A stretch of 64,000 nt of DNA from Asterias rubens. Taxonomy: Eukaryota. How positions within the stretch are numbered: the first letter of the stretch is position 1; the number at the start of each line of letters is the position of its first letter. The DNA lies in contig NC_047064.1 of NCBI RefSeq assembly GCF_902459465.1, positions 11,904,001-11,968,000 of the forward strand. The letters run 5' to 3'. The translations under genes and the position numbers were made by a program. Under the pieces are notes generated by a model. It made no database searches. It was not told where the DNA came from and saw only the letters and a list, made by a program, of their open reading frames with translations. Below are positions 55,592-64,000 of the stretch, piece by piece.

Positions 55592-57627
55592 GTAAGATTA
55601 CAGTCAGAGATGTGGACAGAGAGAAAAACAGAAACAATATGCGAACATTGCATTTTATTTGTGCATGTTCATGACACGCATTCAGACGGGATAAATCTTT
55701 AACTTGTTGTCGTGCGAATACCACTAATAATATCCCTTTTACCTCTTTGTACTTAATTCTTTTATTTCCCATTCCTTACTGTCAGAACAATGGGTAACCG
55801 ATCCGCCTCCCGAATTCAAACTACAATAAATAATACGTGAAAGACAACTTCTTGCACTGGTATTACTTTATTATAAAACAAAACACCTCCAGCACCAATC
55901 AATCTATATGTACACTTGCACATTTATTAATTCTAACCCCCAATTCTCCCTCGAGGTCGAGTTAAACCAAATGAATATCCTTAGCCCATTTTAGGCTCTA
56001 CAATTAACGGCAAAATAGTGAATTGGTTACACAGCAGTATTCTCAAACTTTAGAATGTTAAATAAATTACAAACTGAGGATGAATGTCCCCCGCCACCGT
56101 TCTTCAAAATATGTTGTTCGTCACTTCCCAAAACTAAAATACTTCTCGTCTGTCCCCACCTTGGGATGCACTCCACTTTACTCACGATTTATACTTCCCC
56201 GAGGGGAATTATATTAATATTGTTCACAGTTCACTTTTGTGCTGTACACTCCAAACTTGCCCATCCAGCGAATCCTACTTCCACGATGGTGGGCGTACGT
56301 TCCCCCTCGCCGTACAAATATGACTATATCGTCCTCTCACTTCCACTCCGTCCAGGGATGGTTTGTTGATGTGACACCACTGAAAATTACACTTGGGTGC
56401 GCCTTGTTGCGCCCGCCCTTCACACTCCCATAAAGGCCATCTGAAAATTCATATGAAACACACTTTGCCATAATTTCGGCCATCTGATAATAATACACCA
56501 TCCTTCATAAATAACTTAAGTTTGAGTTTATACACCAATATATATACACATCCAAGATCGTCGATCTTAATACTTGATGGGTAACTTTCTCCGTTTCCCT
56601 AGACACCTCAGCTCAAATTAGCTCAACGTCATTTCAAACTTATCAATACCTTACTTAGGTTTTCACTTAAATCAAACACCACTGTAGTAGTTCTTCCATG
56701 AAAATAATAATAAAATGATTTAACTTACGGTTGATGATCGGGTCGTCAAACCTGTCTCCCTTGTTGCCAAAGTCAAAAATTTGGTGAATAAATCAAACCC
56801 TCCGCACTCAGCTGGCATAAATTTAATCTGGCTGCAAAATATTATATGGCTTGCAGAAAATGTTCCCTCAAATTTATTGGTTCTTAGGAACAGCTTGTAC
56901 CTATACCATGTATACCTGTACAAATAATTTAGCAGCAGAGCAGCAGAACAAGTGGCATGTACTCTTCACCACTGGAGACTCAACTGAATTCTTCCCACTA
57001 TCCTTTCTCATACTTCACACACACTTCATGTACAAACTATCAGCCGACACCCTGATCCTTTCTTATGATACACTTACCCCCAAGATTATGCAATCAAGCT
57101 GTAAGGTTAAACTTGAGGTTCACTGCTCCTCATGTTGGGGTATCCCCTCTGGGTCAAAAGTGCGCATAATGAATAATTAATATTGACCCCAAACAACCAT
57201 GGCCAATTGGGTCCTGGCACCAAGCCCTTCATGAATATTTACACAAAGTTAAAATGAACTTGAATAAATTTAGGCAGTATCTCTGAGGGAAAGGAATGAA
57301 TATTCATATAACATCCAAGCATTTGCATTTTTCTGTGACACTTACCATTTTTATCGTGACACAGCAAATACTCTGTGAAAGTGTTTATGGTAAATTTGTA
57401 TAGCACCTCTTGTATTTGAAACAAGTACGGTGGATGAGAATGGTCATGTCGACAAGTAACGGAGAGACGACAAAGAAAAACTTAAATATTGTCATCAAAA
57501 GCTGAAAAACACTTGAAAAAACCTCATACCTGTCAATTTGATAGACAACTACATATGTGAATTCAGTGCCAAATCATACAAATAGCATGTCATCATTGAA
57601 AATAAAGAGGTTGTCCGCCACAATAAT

Positions 57628-58345
57628 GATTCATTCATTCATTCATTGAGTCGGTGCGAAGCACCGATTGATGGCCCTGCCAAACACGCTGTACGCAACT
57701 CTTCCCATCGCTGGCCCGAGTCCCCGCACAAGGTGTCTTCATAAGTGGTTTGTGGTTTTCCACAGGAACAGTGACCCTGAGTAGGGGCCCATAGCACCAG
57801 CCTGTTAACTGCCAGCTCAGTATGTCTGATGAGGCAGTGACCTGCTGATCTCAGCCTTCCTGTTCTAATCTTGGTGCTAACTCTCAGTAGCCCACCGTAG
57901 AGATCCAGGTTTGTAACATGCCTCTCCCAATGAATCTGTTTTATACAACGAAGCATTCTTATAGCAGTTGTCCAGTCTCTTCTCTAAACGACTGGTTAGT
58001 GTCCATGACTCACGTCCGTACAGCAGTACTGATTCCACAGTGGCAGTGAAGAACTTCACCTCGAGGGACTGTGGGACATCTGACTTGACCATGTTCTTCA
58101 TGGAGTTGAGTGCCTTCCAGGCAAGAGCAATACGACATTATCTTTTTCGGTGTCTTCAGCCCACGAGCCCAAGTATTTTAAATCTGTCACCCGGTTCAGC
58201 TCTGAACTGATGGTTGTCTTCAAGGGAGCGGCAGTGGTGCAGTTAAATATCATGTTCTTTGTCTTCCTGGTGTTGAGAAATAGCCATACTCTGGCACATT
58301 TGGTCTCTGTTCTTTGCAGAATCAGATGAGCTTGCTCAATCTCAT
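57628..58345 (-). mobile_element. 5'-truncated RTE-type LINE fragment
   Basis: FFTATVESVLLYGRESWTLT...RLRSAGHC; (GAAT)n tail on the minus strand. Confidence 0.85.
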
Positions 58346-58632
58346 CAGATGATTAATTATCTATAAAAACAGGTAAATGTAAGACTGACACAACGGTGAC
58401 GCCATGTTTTCACTTGTATTGGGGTATGTACCTTGGGCCAGTAAGAAAAATAACAAACAGGTTTATTTTTTTAATCATGACGAGTTCAACAGACCTTTGA
58501 AGCAAAGAATACATATGATGAGTTTGCATGCGCACAAGAAAAAATACCACTGCTAAGCTGTGAAATACGCTTTACGAAAGCGCACAATTTCGCCGCTTTT
58601 CACAAGTTTGAGGTGTAGACCTTACGCAGAAC

Positions 58633-59690
58633 AGGGCAAAATTTCATGGCTCTAATTACCACCAAACTCTGTGCTTACGATCACCATTCTCCGCTTACTG
58701 TGCAAGCGCGGAATATAATGTGCTACATGTAGCTTAGAAGCATACAAGCAAAAGAAATCCCTGCTAAGCTATGAAATACGTAAGAAGTAAGCGCATAATT
58801 CACTGCTTCTGTTAAGTGCTTAATCTTTGCTTCCAGAGTAGAGCCATGACTTTGTCATGTGAAGCAAGTTCCCTTCATATACATGTAGGCATTGGTGATT
58901 AGTGAAATTTACTAATAGGCCATTTGCGCCTCAAAACCAACTATGACACCTGTTGCAAATAATCTTTTATTCTCAAGATGCTTTGTGGAAATGTGTGCCG
59001 CATGCGGATATTATTATTTTGTTGTGAATAGTAGTAAGAGATACAACTGGTTCACCAAACAGGTAGACGCGACTATTTTTGTAGTCTTAGTGAGAGCACG
59101 ATTAACTGAGTAGAGAAATCATTAGTCTGACACTAGTCGCACTAGAAACCCAGGCATACTTTTGCACAAGTAAACAGGCATGCAACTCTACCGCGTTTCC
59201 GCAGAATTTTTTTTTTTTTTTAAACAAGAAAAGAAAAAAAACGTTTGAAAAAAAGTATTAAAATAAAACCTTTTGTTTTTTCGGGGGTTTTTTTTCCAGA
59301 TTTTTTTTTTTAGCCTAATATATGCCTGGCATTAACAGTGTACAACTACAATCATGTAAACAAAAGCCTACTGCATGCTAAAAATGCACCTAAGAGCAAA
59401 ATAACTTGACCTCAACAATTTATCACACTCACGTTCGCAGGAAGTATGAACCGTGAGCTGAAGTATAAGTCAAAGTAAACTTTACGTACATTTAGGGCCC
59501 AGTCATGGTTCTGCTTTCTACCAAATTTTGCGCTTACAATCGCCTTTCTCCACAAATACCTGCGGTAGTTTAGCTATAGTATTGCACAGTAATGATAGAG
59601 ATATGCACGCGCTCAGGAACACATTTCCTGCTAAGCTGTGAATACGCTTAACGTAAGTGCAAAATTCCCTGATTACGTAAGCGCTGCAAT
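58633..59690 (+). repeat. Two diverged copies of a small interspersed repeat (~58633-58850 and ~59495-59690)
   Basis: Shared CATGG(C/T)TCT..., GCGCTTA(C)(G/A)ATC and CCTGCTAAGCT(G/A)TGAA(A)TACG motifs. Confidence 0.55.
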
Positions 59691-60027
59691 TCTTTCCTTA
59701 AGCCGTTGGCCCAGAACTAAATTACATAAAGCTTTTTGAGCACAAAAGCAGCTTAAAACAGCAAATTATGCTTTTAAGGTAACCATAGACAGTTCCATAT
59801 GCCTCATGTACAAGTTGTGACTGCAGGTACTCTGCTCAATATCTGCAATTATTAAGCTGAATTGTTTGCCTATTAGCAGCTCTATGAAAATGAGCCACTC
59901 AACCACCAGAGAATGTCGTCATAATAAAATCTCTGCTTTTTTTGACAGAAAAGATTTTTTGTTTGACATGGTAATTTTCAGAAGTAAAACAAAATACTAT
60001 AATAATAATTTGGGGGGGCTAATCGTC

Positions 60028-60323
60028 CTTACTCGCAGCTAGAGCTGATTTGCGAAGGACGCGGCTGCAACGTAATCGAGAAGCAGGAATGCAAGGGCGC
60101 ATTCAGCTGCCAGCCACATCAACCCATTATGACCACGGAACACAGCCAAGATCGAAAGTGTTTGATTTTTTCCTGAGGGAGGAAAACCGGATAGTCTGGA
60201 AAACCCTCGTGGCACAGCAGAGAACCAACGCACAACTCAACTCACATATGGCCCCGACCGGGAATCGAACCGGGGTCACCTTGGTGAGAGGCGAGCGCTT
60301 TACGCACAAGCCAACCGTGCCAC
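60028..60323 (-). mobile_element. tRNA-derived SINE with V/Meta-like core
   Basis: B box GGTTCGATTCCC followed by GTTGGTTCTC...GAGGGTTTTCC...CCGGTTTTCCTCCCTC. Confidence 0.75.
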
Positions 60324-60582
60324 TGGAATTTGTTTAGGCCAAGGGTCCCAGTGCAAACAAGACGACTTTCTAAATCCAAGGCGGTCTGTTTTCTTCGTTC
60401 ACGCTGTCGCCTGAAATGAACCAAGTCCACGACGGCGCCACACTGAGAGCTTCTCAAACCTACGGAAAAAGTTTAAGACTTGTGTTAGTTGGTGACCATA
60501 AGAAATGTACGTGTATTGAAAAAAATGCAGTAACACCGATCATAAATAGGATTATGACTTTATCAACTTAAGAATTATACAA

Positions 60583-61240
60583 GTCTAATACTTACCTGTA
60601 GAGCACAGTAATATTTTTGCATATTTCCCTATACCGGCAGGTAATACCGCTAAGAATTAAGAAGCGCACCCTATTGGCCGCCCCATAGCGCCCTGCGACG
60701 TACCGCGTGATCTTCCTTAGCGGCAGGTCGGTAGGCCGTGTATTTGATAGGCTAAAGAATTTATCCTAGAACGTCTCCCTAAAATTTCGTTGAGAGATTT
60801 ATCAAAGATATTTTCAGTTCATGAAACTGCTTGTAGTTTTTGTGTTGTGTTGTTGTTGAGTGAGTAGAATTATGAAGCCTTTTGGGAGGACCCAGGCTGT
60901 CGTATCCGAGGGCAATTACACCCCCTTGGGACAGTCTGAATCCTCGGTAGGCTGTGTTGGAACGTTACGTTGCCAACCCAGTCTACCGCCCAGCACCCAC
61001 AGCCACTCGCGGCTGTGGGTAGGGGCAGCCCCACTGGTGATGTCGCGGGGCCGAGTACCGTCCCTTGCTAAAATCAGCCTTATGTTTTGCAACCCCACTA
61101 TCATTGGTCGACGCCCCTAAAGCTGAACCAAAGCCCAAGAAAGGTCAAACTGCAATGGTGAACTGGGCCTCATCTTTGCCACCGACCATACCCAAAGCAC
61201 GGGGCAGCCCATTGTGCCTAGCCTTCGTGGCTCAGTGGGT
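60583..61240 (+). mobile_element. DIRS left-terminus remnant related to family A
   Basis: TACTTACCTGTAGAGC...TTGCAT..TTCCCTATACCGGCAGG...GCTAAGA matches the reverse complement of the DIRS-A right ITR; GC-rich degenerate sequence follows. Confidence 0.7.
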
Positions 61241-61251
61241 TCTGGCCACTT

Positions 61252-61400
61252 GGGTCTCTACATTTCGAACAATATACTCTGAAAAGAGCCGGTTGGGTCT
61301 TGACATTTCGAACAGTATAGTCTGCTCGTCTACAGGAGAAGACGAGCAAAGTATTCTGTTCGAAACTTCGAGACCCAACCGGCTCTTTTCAGAGCCAACA
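61252..61400. mobile_element. Inverted pair of Penelope-like terminal repeats with hammerhead-like motifs
   Basis: Arm CTCTGAAAAGAGCCGGTTGGGTCT (61277-61300) pairs with 61371-61394. Minus copy reads CTC-CTGTAGA-CGAGCAG-ACTATA-CTGTTC-GAAA-TGTC-AAG. Confidence 0.6.
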
Positions 61401-61649
61401 CTCACCCTAAGAGATTTACACATGGTTGTACCCGCAAGTTTACTATTTATTTATAGTTTCTTCTTTTGTCTCAACACCATGCAAAGCTTCAAACAATACT
61501 TACAGCTTTTAATGTACAATTTTCAATCCAGTTACAAAAAAGCATTTTAGTAACACAATTACAAACTGATAATTATGCATTTTCAAAACAAGTTATACAT
61601 TTAACCAAACATCTTTTTACAAAGTACACAAAATAATTAGATAACTTAA

Positions 61650-61920
61650 AGGCACTGGACACCATTGGTAATCATGGAAGAAAATACCCTTATCACATGA
61701 ATTTGTGTGCTTTCAAATGCTTAAATTCGGGATCTAAAAATCTAATTTTGATGTCTCGAAATCAAATTCGTGGAAAATTACTTCTTTCTCGAAAACTACG
61801 TTACTTCAGAGGGAGCCGTCTCTCACAATGTTTTATACTATCAACAGCTCTCCATTGCTTGTTTACAAGTAAGTTTTATGCTAACAATTATTTTGAGTAA
61901 TTACCAATAGTGTCCACTGC
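61650..61920 (-). mobile_element. MITE family 1, internally deleted copy
   Basis: TTAA|AGGCACTGGACACCATTGGTAA...TTACCAATAGTGTCCACTGC. Confidence 0.8.
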
Positions 61921-61989
61921 ACTCAATCACATGTAGGAATCTAATAAACAACTGGTAACAAGCTAAATTAACAACATGATCGAAAAATT

Positions 61990-63140
61990 AAGCATGGAGG
62001 AAAGATTCAAAGTTATTGTGGATCATAACATTAACAGTAATGTGAACTGCCCGGTTGTCTGTTGATGAAGATGCTCCCGAGTTCATAGATACAGTACTTG
62101 GATGTGGGGCGAGTCGTAAGCAGTATAGAGAGCTTTGCTGATTGCCTCTCGTTGTCCATCAGTTATTATTTTGTAGGATCTTAATTACGGCCGATGAATG
62201 GTGGCCAGTGGTTTCACATATGAATGAGCTGCTCATCAAAGGTTTGCTGGTACAGCCTTGAAGCAGCTGTTGCTCTTAGCGAATGGTTGGAGTAGAAACC
62301 TGTAAAACCTGCTTGATCACACATTCGTTTAACAGTGTTGGTAGTTGGTGAACACCCTGGTGGTTGACAGCTGTACCAAACTTCACCATTTGGTTTGGCA
62401 AGGGGTCGAAGGTAGAATGCCGGGGAGCACTTTGGAGTGGTGGGCCTACGACGAATGTATTTGTCATCCAACTTGACAATGCATCTTTCCGGATCTGCAG
62501 TATTCTCATAGGCATCTACTGTTTTAGGTGTTATTCTCCTGTGTTTTAATCCCCCCTGGCAGGCTTTGGAAACATCTTCGGTGTATCTCAGTAAGCGTTT
62601 ACCATCTTTGCTTGTATGAATGGCGAGTTGTGAGTTTATAAAGCGGAGCTGCCTGTGCTCTTCTCCAGCAAGTAGAGCAAAATTTATACCAATAAGGTAC
62701 AAAATTGTATCAACTAAAGAATTGTTAGACAGAATGTTCTTGTCCCACATGAGTTTCTCCTCGTCAATGCTGATGATTTCAGCCTGCTTTCTCTTAACTC
62801 AAAAACCTCCTGCTGCCCAGCTCTTTCATTCTAGTGTCCAGTGTGTTTTTCAGTGAAACACATTCATCGTCTTGGAGTAAGTGATACTCTATCCCGTGAA
62901 TCGACAAATATAGTTGGATGCTCAACACTAACTCGAACAAAGTCTCACTCAGGTACTCCTGTCCATTTACTTTTCGTACCTCTAGAACAAAACGGGCGAG
63001 GGTGTAGCAAAGCTCATCTGTTGTCATTTCAAGCAGCTCTCGCCTGATGGCACTCCGGTTTTATGAAACATCCTGAATAGCTTGCTCGTTCCGACTGGTT
63101 TTCCATTCGTTGAAAGTACGTACTGCCCATGCACATTTCT
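61990..63140 (-). pseudogene. Crypton-type (CryptonA/DUF3504-like) tyrosine recombinase remnant
   Basis: CAWAVRTFNEW; LARFVLEVRKVNGQEY; FALLAGEEHRQL; FYLRP; WYSCQP; YSNHSLRATAASRLY; TGH..S.V. Contains frameshifts, and Leu replaces the first catalytic Arg. Confidence 0.88.
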
Positions 63141-64000
63141 TTTGAGTTGCTTTTAATGTGACCCGACAAGATTGGTTCTTTATACAAGTATTTTATTCAC
63201 AAGCACAAAAGATTTTTTTAAAAAGGGTTGATGCGTAAGTATTTAAAAGAACAGAAAAGAAAAAGATTATAAGCAAACATAAGATTATACAATAGAAATG
63301 TAGAAAATACAAACATTAAATCAAAATAACCAAAGTAAACCTGAAACATTAAATTCTATGGCAAAGAGCAAATGTCTCAAGCTTAAGAAGATAACTTTTA
63401 CAATAGAGAAACACATTTATTATTATACCCTTTAGCCAAAGATAAAATAGTTCCTCAGTCCACCTTATTAAGGTCTAAAACGACAAATAACTATACACTC
63501 CATCTTCAATGAAATGTAAAGTAAATTATAATAAACCAAACTATTTCTTAAGGAAACTTGTAAAAGAACTCTTTCCTTCCTCTATATAGCAAGGTAAATT
63601 AATCCAAGGAAACATTATCCTCAACTGTTTCAAATATAAACAGAGTAAAGACAATCCAAAAAGGACAAGTTTGGGCAAAACACTGGCTTAATTAGTGCTT
63701 CCAAACTAAAACAAAAGTAACAACAAATGCAAAGAACTACAATTGTATAGACAAAGGAAACTTATTCAAACCCACTTAAAATACAAGGAATCTCCTCAGA
63801 AACGGCAATAATAATAAACACAAATATGGATTGTAGTCTAGCAGTAATAAGAAACAAAGGAAGATTTGGTACTTATGCCTGGTCACATTAAGTATCTAGT
63901 AAGTTAAAAAAAAAAGGAGGAAAAAATACCTTAGCGCCACAAGAGTACGTTTGTTTTCACTGTTCACCAGCAAAATCTGTTAGCTTTTGTTAATCTCACT

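Noticed and set aside
60588-60598. U1 snRNA gene (ATACTTACCTG start)
   Set aside because: The match stops after 11 nt and continues as DIRS terminal-repeat sequence.

Overview
Eukaryotic, AT-rich, repeat-dense animal DNA with spliceosomal introns; a marine invertebrate such as a sea star is my low-certainty guess from the repeat families. The dominant element is an apparently intact 6,044-bp DIRS1-type tyrosine-recombinase (YR) retrotransposon (26084-32127). It carries gag, RT/RNaseH/methyltransferase-like and YR ORFs, inverted terminal repeats (ITRs) and an internal complementary region (ICR). It is inserted at an AGT core inside a palindromic junction of a 59/57-bp satellite. In this element gag and the 963-codon YR ORF are one reading frame split by a single UGA-C stop. 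A second, divergent DIRS copy (570-5945) shows the same geometry but is 5'-truncated, frameshifted, and has Phe at the catalytic Tyr. Also present: three smaller DIRS remnants, a Crypton YR remnant, a Gypsy/Mag element with an internal deletion, several LINE fragments, tRNA-derived SINEs, TTAA-flanked MITEs, Penelope-type hammerhead-like motifs, a Zator/TP36-like DDE pseudogene split by a LINE, and eight short exons of an unidentified plus-strand host gene (17163-55591; phases match except at one junction). There is no CRISPR array, rRNA gene or convincing tRNA gene.
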